Shown: one piece after another, positions 1 to 7,102 of the stretch
How the letters are laid out: every line of letters begins with the position of its first letter
How positions within the stretch are numbered: the stretch's first letter is position 1
Source of the DNA: Saprospiraceae bacterium
GTDB taxonomy: Bacteria; Bacteroidota; Bacteroidia; Chitinophagales; Saprospiraceae
NCBI GenBank assembly: GCA_035299505.1
Contig: DATGWL010000042.1
Coordinates: forward strand, 791-64,790
DNA length: 64,000 bases
Direction of reading: 5' to 3'
Made by a program: the position numbers and the translations under genes
The notes under the pieces: generated by a model
The model's database searches: none
The model's input: only the letters and a program-made list of their open reading frames with translations
Told to the model about the DNA's origin: nothing

Positions 1-1522
1 CGTTGCGCACCACAGCGGTGTTTTCAATCCGCACATTGCCGCTTAGGTTGGCGTTGCCGAGTACAATGGCTGAAGGGCCCACATAGACCGAGGCGGCCAC
101 GGTGGCGCTGTTTTGTACCCAGCCTCCGCCATTGCTGTGCAGGTGACCGTTGTTTTTGAGTTGGCTACGGAAATTGGCTGGCGCCTGATGTCCCTCCGGT
201 GCGGCTCCGCTGATGGTAAGCTCGTAAGGGTGGCGGAAATGTTTGGGGTAGCCCTGCCAGGTATCGTTGCTGGTGTTGGTAGTAATGGCATCGTTGGGAG
301 CGCCCATCACCACAAAGTAGCATTTGCTTTCGTTGGCTTCCAGCTGAAAGGAGATTTCTGAAGTATTGTCTTTGTAGGTTGGACTGTATCGACTCACCGT
401 GCCATCCGGTTTTTCTGCTACAAAACCGTACCGCCAGCCGGTGTGCGTATTGGCCTCGGTATGGCCCTTGAATTTAATGCGGATGAAGCAGCTGTCGGGG
501 TGCGGATAAAGTGGAATGATGTTGTAGGCAAATTCTTCGGGCGCCAGTTCAATGGGCACTTCGTAGCGGTTGCCATTGATTTTGCGGAGAATGGTATGGG
601 TAGACTGGATGGATTGCAGGTTGCCGTTGAGGTCGCCCTGACGATATTGGCGGAGGAATTTACCCAGGTTATTGTATGGAAAATCGAATGTAGCCATCCG
701 GCGGGCATAGTGGTACAGGCTGTCGTTGAAGCGTTCCTGGGTATAGCCCGACAGGCGTTTGTAGGCTTGCAGGGGGTACTCGTAGCTGGTGGATTCGCGC
801 CAGAGCCGGTTGATCATATTGATGCCTTCCGAGGCCTGGATGGCAAACAGCAGGTGATAATTTTCGTAGGTGTTTTTCCAGTCGCCCCAAGTTTCTATGT
901 GGTAATGATCCATGCCCCAGGCTGAAACGGCCCATGGATAGAGCAGGTTTCGCATAAAATTGGCGTGGGTTTCCCAGAAGATGCCGGCATTGAGCCAAAC
1001 CAATCCCAAGCCGTTGTCTGCGCGGTAATCTATGTTGCATTGGGCTTGCAGGCTGTGCGTCAGTTCATGTGCCGCCACTCCCCCATCGTCCATGGCGTTG
1101 GGGTGTACCCAAAAAGCGCCCACCACGCCATCGGCATCGCCGCCGTTGGCCCAGCCCTGAGCGCCGTTAGGGCCCCAGGTATTATACATCACGATGGGAA
1201 TCTTGTACTGGGCCAGGTTGGTGCCGGGGGCATCGTCAATGAAGCCCAGGGTTTTGAACCGGGCATAGATGTATTCCATTGTGTCCAGTATTCTGGCCGG
1301 GTTAAACTGCAAATCCGGATCGGGGTAATTGGCCGGATTGGTGCCTACAGTATTGCCCCAGATGAGGATAAAGTTGGCACTTTGAGCGGTTTTGCTCCAG
1401 GTAAACTGGGCGCCGTTTACGTCGTTGGGGTTTTGGAGGTAATTGGGGATGTGCACGCTTTTTTGCGCAGCCAGTTGGAGGGAAAATAAGGAGGCGAGCA
1501 GCAGTAGTAACAGTCTTTTCAT
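1..1522 (-). CDS. Secreted HExxH-motif protein (putative metallopeptidase-like / DUF6055-like) with a hexapeptide-like beta-helix tail. The 5' end is complete and the C-terminus runs off the left edge.
   Basis: Absent from the supplied ORF track because it is open to the window edge. My reverse translation from ATG 1522-1520 gives MKRLLLLLLASLFSLQLAAQ (signal peptide), then ...GGVAAHELTHSLQAQ... (HExxH), then ...SVYVGPSAIVLGNANLSGNVRIENTAVV..., and stays open to nt 2. The other two minus frames are broken (track ORFs 43..291, 418..708, 669..1040). Confidence 0.7.
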   Translation of the reverse strand, partial: MKRLLLLLLASLFSLQLAAQKSVHIPNYLQNPNDVNGAQFTWSKTAQSANFILIWGNTVGTNPANYPDPDLQFNPARILDTMEYIYARFKTLGFIDDAPGTNLAQYKIPIVMYNTWGPNGAQGWANGGDADGVVGAFWVHPNAMDDGGVAAHELTHSLQAQCNIDYRADNGLGLVWLNAGIFWETHANFMRNLLYPWAVSAWGMDHYHIETWGDWKNTYENYHLLFAIQASEGINMINRLWRESTSYEYPLQAYKRLSGYTQERFNDSLYHYARRMATFDFPYNNLGKFLRQYRQGDLNGNLQSIQSTHTILRKINGNRYEVPIELAPEEFAYNIIPLYPHPDSCFIRIKFKGHTEANTHTGWRYGFVAEKPDGTVSRYSPTYKDNTSEISFQLEANESKCYFVVMGAPNDAITTNTSNDTWQGYPKHFRHPYELTISGAAPEGHQAPANFRSQLKNNGHLHSNGGGWVQNSATVAASVYVGPSAIVLGNANLSGNVRIENTAVVRN

Positions 1523-1559
1523 GGATTGTAGCGAGTGATTCCGGGGTGAAGATAGGGAT

Positions 1560-1627
1560 TCACCGCGAAGTACGCGAAGAGCGCAAAGTGAGAACCCTCT
1601 TCGCGCTCTTCGCGTACTTCGCGGTGA
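1560..1627 (-). terminator. Perfect 25-bp inverted repeat hairpin located 2 nt after the GH2/GH53 stop codon
   Basis: tcaccgcgaagtacgcgaagagcgc (1560-1584) is the exact reverse complement of gcgctcttcgcgtacttcgcggtga (1603-1627). No clear U-tract follows on the minus strand, so terminator function is inferred from position only. Confidence 0.4.
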
Positions 1628-1629
1628 AA

Positions 1630-4600
1630 CTACCTCAGGTAACTCTTCCTAAACCCATCATACCATTTCAGCATCTCGTTGGCATTGCCCTGCCAGTCAA
1701 AGATGGCTTCCCAGGTGCTAAGAGGCTCCCAGATGCAGGTGCCTTTGGCGCGCGGTACGCTGAACGCAATTTTGTGTACTTCTTCTTTTTTGGCGGAGTA
1801 TTCCACCACGATCACGTCTTTGTTGAAACGGCGCACGAGGTCGTGCAGGTTGTCGCGCAGGTCGTCCAGGGTACCATGCCATTTGGGGTAATAGGAAAGA
1901 CCGATTACATCGAAATGTACCCCGCGGCGGAGCATATTTTCCACAAAAAATACGGATTCGTCGTTCTGGCCGCCCAGGGCCATGTGCAGCATCATGACAG
2001 TGGCAGGTTCCACGGCTTTCACCGCCGCTGTGCCTGCACAGAGCAACTGGGCCAGGCTGTCGGGGTGGGCCACAGAGCCTTCGGGCCAAACAATGCCGTG
2101 GTTGATCTCGTTGCCCACCTGCACCATATCGGGGGAGGTGCCCTGTTCCTTGAGCTGGCGCATCACCTCGTAGGTGTAATCGTACAGCGCTTTTTTCAGG
2201 TCTTCGAAGGGCAGTTTTTCCCAGGCTTTAGGTTTGTACTGCTTGCCCGGATCAGCCCAGTAGTCGCTGTAATGGAAGTCGAGCAGCAGCTTCATGCCGG
2301 CTTTTTTTACCCGTTTGGCCATGGCCTTGGTGTGCTCCAGATCGCAAAAGCCTTCTTTGGGGGAATAGCCGTCTGGCAAAGCAGGATTGTGGAAAATCCG
2401 AAGCCGTACATAATTGAAGCCGTGCGCTTTCAGGCTTTCAATGGCGTCTACCTCCTGGCCATCCACCTTGAATTTGATGCCTTGGGCTTCCAGTTCCGGC
2501 AGGAAGGATATGTCGGCCCCAATCATTTGGTCTACCGGTCGCGCCTGCGCGGCTGCGCCTCTGAGCACGTACTTCGGATCAATGTGTACGGGCGCCAGGT
2601 TTTCCGGGGCAATGGTGAGGATATCTGTTTCGCCTTTCCACAGGTTGGGAGAACGGGCTTCGAGGTGAATGAGATCGGGCTTGAGGCCGGATTGCACGAT
2701 GATCTGACATTTACCGTTGAACAAGCGGCGTTGCCACAGGCCTTCTGCGCACTGATCGGGCTCATGACTGGAAGGATCGCCATTGCCCACCCCAATGATC
2801 CGGCCCTCACCGCGCAGGTGGAACTCGATGAGGTTGCTCGCATCCGGCACCTCCCGGCCTTCGTTGTCCAGCACCGATACATTGATCACCGTGGCATCCT
2901 GCCCGTCGGCCAGCATGGTGGTTTTGTAGGGGGCGAGCACAATTTCGCTGGGCATGCGGGTACTTTCCATGCGGGCTTTCAGGAGCCGGCCTTTTTTGTA
3001 CCCAATGGCCTCGAGTTTGCCGGGTTCGTAGGTCACGCTCCATTTGAGGTGACTGTTTCTGGGCATGATTTTCATGCCGAGAGAGCGGTTATTGAGAAAC
3101 AATTCCACCGAATCGGCATTGGAATTCACCCAGACTTCCACGGGTTGGCCGCGTTTTTCGGGCCAGTTCCAGTGGGGGGAAAGGTGCAAGACGTCCTTAT
3201 CGGTCCACCAGGATTGGTAGTAGTAGTAGATGTTTTTGGGGAAACCGCACATATCCATGATGCCGAAATGGGAATTGATGTTCGGCCAGACGAATGGGGT
3301 GGGTTCGCCGCGGTAATCCAGGCCGGTCCACACAAAACCGCCCAGCCAAAAATCGTTTTCTGCCGCCAGGGGCCACCAGGTTTCGGCGGTGCTGGCCCAC
3401 CAGGGAGCTGTGATGTCCTGATCCGGCAAATACCCCCGAATGCTGTCTTTTTCATATTGCCCACGGGTAGTAACGGTGCTGCCCATTTCCGTGCCGATGA
3501 TGGGTTGTGTGGGGTGATCGCGGTAGTAATCGGCCACGGCGTACTGCCGGTAGTTGAAGCTGCGCACCGGAACGGCCTCGTTGACGCCCTGGTACACATT
3601 GGCTACATCGGCGGCGTAGGTAGACAAGCGGGTGGGATCCAGCTGACATTGTTTTTTCAGCATGGTTTCGGCGATGCGTTTGCCGGTGGGCGTGGTGTGT
3701 ATCCAACCTTCTTCGTTGCCGATGGACCACATGAACACGCAGGTGCGGCTGCGGTCGCGCCGGAGGAGGCGCTCAAACTGATCCATGTACTCCGGGCCGC
3801 TGTTGAGGAGTCGGGTTTCGTCCATCACCAGCATGCCGAGGCTGTCGCAGGCGTCGAGCAGTTCCGGCGTAGGTGGGTGGTGACTGGTTCGGTATGCGTT
3901 TACGCCCAGGTTTTTGAGCAGTTTGATGCGGTAATATTGCAGGTAATCCGGAAGGGCCGCGCCTACGCCGGCGTGGTCCTGGTGACAATTGACGCCCTGG
4001 ATCTTGATTTTTTTGCCATTCAGCAGCAGTCCGTCGGGTTTTACCTCAATGCTGCGGAAGCCGAACTTCAGCACCTGCCGGTCCACCACCTTCCCGTCTT
4101 TTTTCAGCAGCACTTCTATGCGGTGCAGATAGGGGTTGTCGAGCTCCCAGCGGATGGGGTTGTACACTTTCAGTAGGTGTTTGGAAACACCGGATTGGCC
4201 GGGTTCCAGGCGCAGGTGTTGAGCTTTCCCTTTGGCCACAAAATGCCCGTCGTGACCATTCAGCAGCACCTCCGTACTGAGCTCTGCGGCGGCGACGCCG
4301 TCGTTCGCAAATTCTGTTTCCACGGTGAGCGTGGCGTAATCGCCCTGAAAGGAGGCATGAGCAAAAATACCGTCGGAAACGATGTGTTGCTCTTCAAACG
4401 TATGCAGCCAAACGTGGCGGTAGATGCCGGCGCCTTCATAAAACCAGCCTTCGTATTGGGTGGCATCCACGCGTACCACCACCACATTGTCGCGGTCGAA
4501 CCACAGAAAATCTGTGATATCATAGGCTTTCCCGATGTAGCCGCTGGCATTTTGGCCCAGATAAAATCCATTGATCCACACTTCTGCGTTGCGGAAAATA

Positions 4601-5001
4601 CCATCGAAGCGCAGTTGGAAGCGTTTGCCGGCATCGGCCTGGGGCAGGCGGAAATGTTTGCGGTACCAACCGATGCTGGTGGCCGGGTAGTTGCCGCCCA
4701 GGGGTTTGTAGCCATGCGCCATGACGTTGAACGCCGGATCATACACGAAGGGAAGTTCCACAGCCCAGTCGTGCGGCAGCTGCACGATGCGCCAGGCGCT
4801 ATCGTGGAAAGTGGGGGCAATGGCGGTATTAGGCGCTGCTCCTGATTTGGAAAAAATGGTTTCCAGACTGTAGTTGAAGTCCTTTTCCGGATTGGCGGCG
4901 TGGCCGAGTGCGAATTTCCAGTTGCGGTCAAAATTTTGCCAGGCGCCGGGTTGGGCGTGGAGGGAAAGGGAGGTGAGGAGGAAAAGAAGAATGCAGCGCA
5001 T
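1630..5001 (-). CDS. Bifunctional glycoside hydrolase: N-terminal GH2 beta-galactosidase-like module fused to a C-terminal GH53 endo-beta-1,4-galactanase-like module
   Basis: Track ORF 1630..5205, trimmed to ATG 5001 (MRCILLFLLTSLSLHAQ signal peptide) because the upstream 68 codons are read-through of a GGGTTTGAG tandem repeat. GH2 hallmarks: FDGIFRNAEVWINGFYLG, GVNCHQDHAGVG, FMWSIGNEEG. GH53 hallmarks: GADISFLPELE, NYVRLRIFHNP, LLDFHYSDYWADPGKQ, VQVGNEINHG. Confidence 0.9.
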   Translation of the reverse strand: MRCILLFLLTSLSLHAQPGAWQNFDRNWKFALGHAANPEKDFNYSLETIFSKSGAAPNTAIAPTFHDSAWRIVQLPHDWAVELPFVYDPAFNVMAHGYKPLGGNYPATSIGWYRKHFRLPQADAGKRFQLRFDGIFRNAEVWINGFYLGQNASGYIGKAYDITDFLWFDRDNVVVVRVDATQYEGWFYEGAGIYRHVWLHTFEEQHIVSDGIFAHASFQGDYATLTVETEFANDGVAAAELSTEVLLNGHDGHFVAKGKAQHLRLEPGQSGVSKHLLKVYNPIRWELDNPYLHRIEVLLKKDGKVVDRQVLKFGFRSIEVKPDGLLLNGKKIKIQGVNCHQDHAGVGAALPDYLQYYRIKLLKNLGVNAYRTSHHPPTPELLDACDSLGMLVMDETRLLNSGPEYMDQFERLLRRDRSRTCVFMWSIGNEEGWIHTTPTGKRIAETMLKKQCQLDPTRLSTYAADVANVYQGVNEAVPVRSFNYRQYAVADYYRDHPTQPIIGTEMGSTVTTRGQYEKDSIRGYLPDQDITAPWWASTAETWWPLAAENDFWLGGFVWTGLDYRGEPTPFVWPNINSHFGIMDMCGFPKNIYYYYQSWWTDKDVLHLSPHWNWPEKRGQPVEVWVNSNADSVELFLNNRSLGMKIMPRNSHLKWSVTYEPGKLEAIGYKKGRLLKARMESTRMPSEIVLAPYKTTMLADGQDATVINVSVLDNEGREVPDASNLIEFHLRGEGRIIGVGNGDPSSHEPDQCAEGLWQRRLFNGKCQIIVQSGLKPDLIHLEARSPNLWKGETDILTIAPENLAPVHIDPKYVLRGAAAQARPVDQMIGADISFLPELEAQGIKFKVDGQEVDAIESLKAHGFNYVRLRIFHNPALPDGYSPKEGFCDLEHTKAMAKRVKKAGMKLLLDFHYSDYWADPGKQYKPKAWEKLPFEDLKKALYDYTYEVMRQLKEQGTSPDMVQVGNEINHGIVWPEGSVAHPDSLAQLLCAGTAAVKAVEPATVMMLHMALGGQNDESVFFVENMLRRGVHFDVIGLSYYPKWHGTLDDLRDNLHDLVRRFNKDVIVVEYSAKKEEVHKIAFSVPRAKGTCIWEPLSTWEAIFDWQGNANEMLKWYDGFRKSYLR

Positions 5002-5011
5002 GAGGAGGTTG

Positions 5012-5071
5012 GGATGGGTTTGAGGGGTTTGAAGGGTTTGAGGGGTTTGAGAGGTTTGAAGGCTTTGAGGG
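5012..5071. repeat. Tandem GGGTTTGAG-type word repeat abutting the GH2/GH53 start codon
   Basis: gggtttgaggggtttgaagggtttgaggggtttgagaggtttgaaggctttgagg. It is C/A-rich and G-poor on the gene-sense (minus) strand. Confidence 0.85.
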
Positions 5072-5179
5072 GAAAAGGTACAGAGGTAGGGCGCCGCGAA
5101 GTATGTGGGTAGTGGGAAGAAAATTAGTTGCGAGGGGGTTTTGTCGATAAACAACTTTTTTGGGTTGTTCATACCCAGC

Positions 5180-5223
5180 CCCTTAAAACACGAATGCCGG
5201 CGCAACCTCCCTGTTGCGCCGGC
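5180..5223 (-). terminator. Rho-independent-like terminator downstream of the SPFH gene
   Basis: 11-bp stem gccggcgcaac (5196-5206) / gttgcgccggc (5213-5223) with a 6-nt loop. On the minus strand it is followed by ATTCGTGTTTT. Confidence 0.55.
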
Positions 5224-5256
5224 CTACAAAAATATCGCCCCGCTGGGGCTGGGGTG

Positions 5257-6339
5257 CTATCGCACAAACAATTGCTTTAGCTGATCTACCAGTTGGCCGC
5301 CTCCGGAGAGTTGGATGGTTTGGATCTTTTCGGCAATTTTTTCCACGTATTCCATTTCCTTGAGCTTCATCAACATGGCGTTTTCTTCCATGAGCTTGGC
5401 GGTGTTCATGAGGCTTCGGGTGGAAGCGGTTTCTTCCCGACGCATGATCACGTTGGCCTGGGCGCGTTTTTCCGCAATCAGAACCTGGTTCATGATTTCT
5501 TTCACGTCGCCGGGAAGCACAATGTCTTTCACCCCGAAATCTACTAATTCAACGCCCAGTTCGCGGGCTTTTTCGGCGGCATTGGCCAGCACCTGTTGGG
5601 CAATCTGGTCTTTGCTCTCCATCAGTTCGTCGAAGCTCAGTTTACCCACAATTTCGCGCAAGGCCATCTGCATCTGGGTGTACAGCTGCTTATCGAAGTC
5701 CTTGTTTTCCACCAGGGCTTTCATGATGTCGGTCACGCGGTATTGCGCGGTGGCATTGATACGCAACTGGGCTTTATCACGGGTCAGTACTTCCTGACCG
5801 AGGATATCTACCGTCATCTGGCGCATATCGGTTTTCACGCTGGATACCTGGTCCTGGTTTTTCCAGAAATAGTAGCTGCCCGGTTCCAGGGCGCGCACTA
5901 CGGCGCCGTTGATGAGCAGGATACCTTTTTCGAAAGCAGCAATCTGCACCACCCGCAGGTAGCTGGCCAGGTTGTTCTTCGAGATCAGGTTCAGGTCGAT
6001 GTTCACCTCCTCGGTGCGGGTGATGTCGGCCTTCACCACATGGTAAGCAGTAACTCCTTTCCAGAAAGCAAACTTGCCTGCAGTGAGTACCTGATGGAAC
6101 AAACCATCGCGGTACAGCAACGCAATTTCATGATCGGCTACTTCAAATACCTGAAGCAAGGATGCCAGTTCTGCATTTTGCAGCAGTACGTTCAGCTCCT
6201 GTGGGGGCAAAAATGCCTCCGACATGTTGTATAATTCCGCTTTTTCGCCTGGCCACACCCATTGGAAGCCATCGTGCAAAATGCGGGTCAGTTTTTCACG
6301 CTTGAATACCAGCGCGATGTGGTTGGTTGGAATAAGCAT
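5257..6339 (-). CDS. SPFH/band-7 (slipin/HflC-like) domain protein
   Basis: Track ORF 5257..6405, trimmed to ATG 6339 because the upstream codons translate the GAGTGTTT repeat. SPFH-like core followed by a coiled-coil tail (VELVDFGVKDIVLPGDVKE...AEKRAQANVIMRREE). Confidence 0.8.
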   Translation of the reverse strand: MLIPTNHIALVFKREKLTRILHDGFQWVWPGEKAELYNMSEAFLPPQELNVLLQNAELASLLQVFEVADHEIALLYRDGLFHQVLTAGKFAFWKGVTAYHVVKADITRTEEVNIDLNLISKNNLASYLRVVQIAAFEKGILLINGAVVRALEPGSYYFWKNQDQVSSVKTDMRQMTVDILGQEVLTRDKAQLRINATAQYRVTDIMKALVENKDFDKQLYTQMQMALREIVGKLSFDELMESKDQIAQQVLANAAEKARELGVELVDFGVKDIVLPGDVKEIMNQVLIAEKRAQANVIMRREETASTRSLMNTAKLMEENAMLMKLKEMEYVEKIAEKIQTIQLSGGGQLVDQLKQLFVR

Positions 6340-6342
6340 GGT

Positions 6343-6400
6343 TGAGTGTTTGAGTTTTTGAGTGTGCGAGTGTTTGAGTTGGCGTTCGGTTTGGCGTTTG
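6343..6400. repeat. Half-copy (G/T arm) of the GAGTGTTT word-repeat element
   Basis: gagtgtttgagtttttgagtgtgcgagtgtttgagttggcgttcgg. It shares the junction gagttggcgttcgg with the copies at 9928-9990 and 15349-15410. Confidence 0.8.
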
Positions 6401-6403
6401 TCC

Positions 6404-6482
6404 AAACCTCATAGGTTTTTAAAACCAATGAGGTTTAGGAACCGTCGTAATCATATCGTTCATCGTTCATCGTCCATCGTTC
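6404..6482. repeat. 9-bp hairpin followed by a (ATCGTTC)x4 heptamer tandem repeat
   Basis: aaacctcat (6404-6412) pairs with atgaggttt (6428-6436). atcgttc atcgttc atcgtcc atcgttc occupies 6455-6482, immediately next to the A7/U7 tract at 6483-6489. Confidence 0.8.
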
Positions 6483-7000
6483 AAAAAAACCTATGCGTCA
6501 GCGCTTCACGGCTTTCCTACGGAGGTAACCGTGGCTTGCAACAGGGCATTCGGGATAGGGCATGGATCAGGGCCGGGCGTTTGGGAACAAGTTCCGTGGG
6601 CCCTGTCTGAGCAATACTTTTTCCGCTTCATGCTGTGCTGAAAGCGATGGATACCTGCAGAGTCGGCTAACCGTTGTTGCGGCATTATGCAACGGAAGCG
6701 CTGCGCACAGATTGGTTGGGCATTTGAAAAGCGCCCTACTTTGGAGAATTGGATCCACAGTCCAGTGCATATCCATTATGCTACCGCTCACGCGGGCAGG
6801 ATTCGAACCTGCATAAAGGGTACTGCTCTAACCACTGAGCTACTTCCGAAGAAGGCGGGAATCGAACCCGCGACCGGTACATCAAAGGCCAATCAATTGT
6901 TCTGCATATGGATTCCCTACCGGGTCCATACATCGGCGCCATCAGAAACGCCCGACCAGGGAACAACCGCCGGCTTTATCATAGATAATCATCTTTGCTA
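6483..7000 (-). ncRNA. Structured non-coding RNA candidate with embedded tRNA-like modules (YrlA/Y-RNA-like tRNA mimic or a novel class), 3' of rtcB-1 on the same strand
   Basis: Only short overlapping ORFs lie here and none has a recognisable family. The minus strand shows two canonical T-arms, one D-arm, and UUCG and CUUG tetraloop hairpins. A 12-bp long-range helix (6946-6957 with 6571-6582) is also present, and a U7 tract at 6483-6489 marks a plausible 3' end. The 5' boundary is uncertain and may extend to the rtcB stop at 7103. Confidence 0.55.
6796..6871 (-). ncRNA. Tandem tRNA-like module lacking an anticodon arm and a local acceptor stem
   Basis: Minus strand reads GCGGG-UUCGAUU-CCCGC (6855-6871), then CUUC-UUCG-GAAG (6843-6854), then UAGCUCAGUGGUUAGAGCA (6824-6842, D-stem GCUC/GAGC with G18G19). 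An 11-nt linker follows, then GCAGG-UUCGAAU-CCUGC (6796-6812). Confidence 0.65.
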
Positions 7001-7102
7001 CCAATATTTCCGCCCCGCTGGGGCTGGAGGTCTGAGGGAATTTGAAGAGCAACGCCCTCCCTCTCCCCTCATGTAATCATGTACTCTTCAATCATGTACT
7101 CC

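Noticed and set aside
1546-4176. 876-aa plus-strand ORF, plus many other long ORFs antisense to strong genes. Examples: 4177..4845, 7673..8374, 18620..19489, 22004..23002, 28219..29463, 31942..32685, 38349..39221, 41267..41908, 41981..42718, 45332..46468 and 47057..47752.
   Set aside because: Each lies opposite a gene with unmistakable family motifs (GH2/GH53, RtcB, cytochrome c, ABC and others). Their translations are low-complexity, G/A/V/H/R-rich and have no recognisable motifs. This is typical of shadow ORFs in GC-rich coding DNA.
5002-5205. N-terminal extensions of track ORFs: 1630..5205, 5257..6405, 8707..9927, 15689..17050, 42918..43712, 49338..49682, 47780..48355, 12271..15351, 31317..31889 and others.
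   Set aside because: The extra codons translate tandem word repeats (for example SLQTSQTPQTLQTPQT and LKHSHTQKLKHS) or upstream gene ends. An internal ATG followed by a signal peptide or a conserved family N-terminus gives a better start.
5226-5250. Short GCCCCGCTGGGGC hairpin repeated at 5233-5247 and 7011-7025 as a specific regulatory element
   Set aside because: There are only two copies, each with a 5-bp stem and a 3-nt loop. This is too small to distinguish from chance or a minor REP-like motif.
6796-6871. Two genuine tRNA genes on the minus strand
   Set aside because: The T-arms and one D-arm are canonical. However, only 11 nt separate the D-arm from the T-arm, so there is no anticodon arm. 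No 7-bp acceptor stem can be formed locally, and there is no discriminator/CCA context. The candidate GUG-anticodon fold at about 6700-6790 has a non-canonical T-loop and no acceptor pairing.
6483-7000. tmRNA or RNase P RNA identity for the structured region
   Set aside because: In tmRNA the T-arm lies at the 3' end next to an ACCA acceptor, and there is a tag-peptide reading frame. Neither is seen here, and the T-arms are internal. I could not find the RNase P P4 consensus (GGAAAGUCCGG and its ACAGAA..GGCUUA partner). This needs a covariance-model scan to be definitive.
6562-7076. Short ORFs 6562..6816, 6567..6791, 6687..7076 and 6781..6966 as protein genes
   Set aside because: They overlap one another in several frames, have no motifs, and coincide with dense RNA secondary-structure elements.
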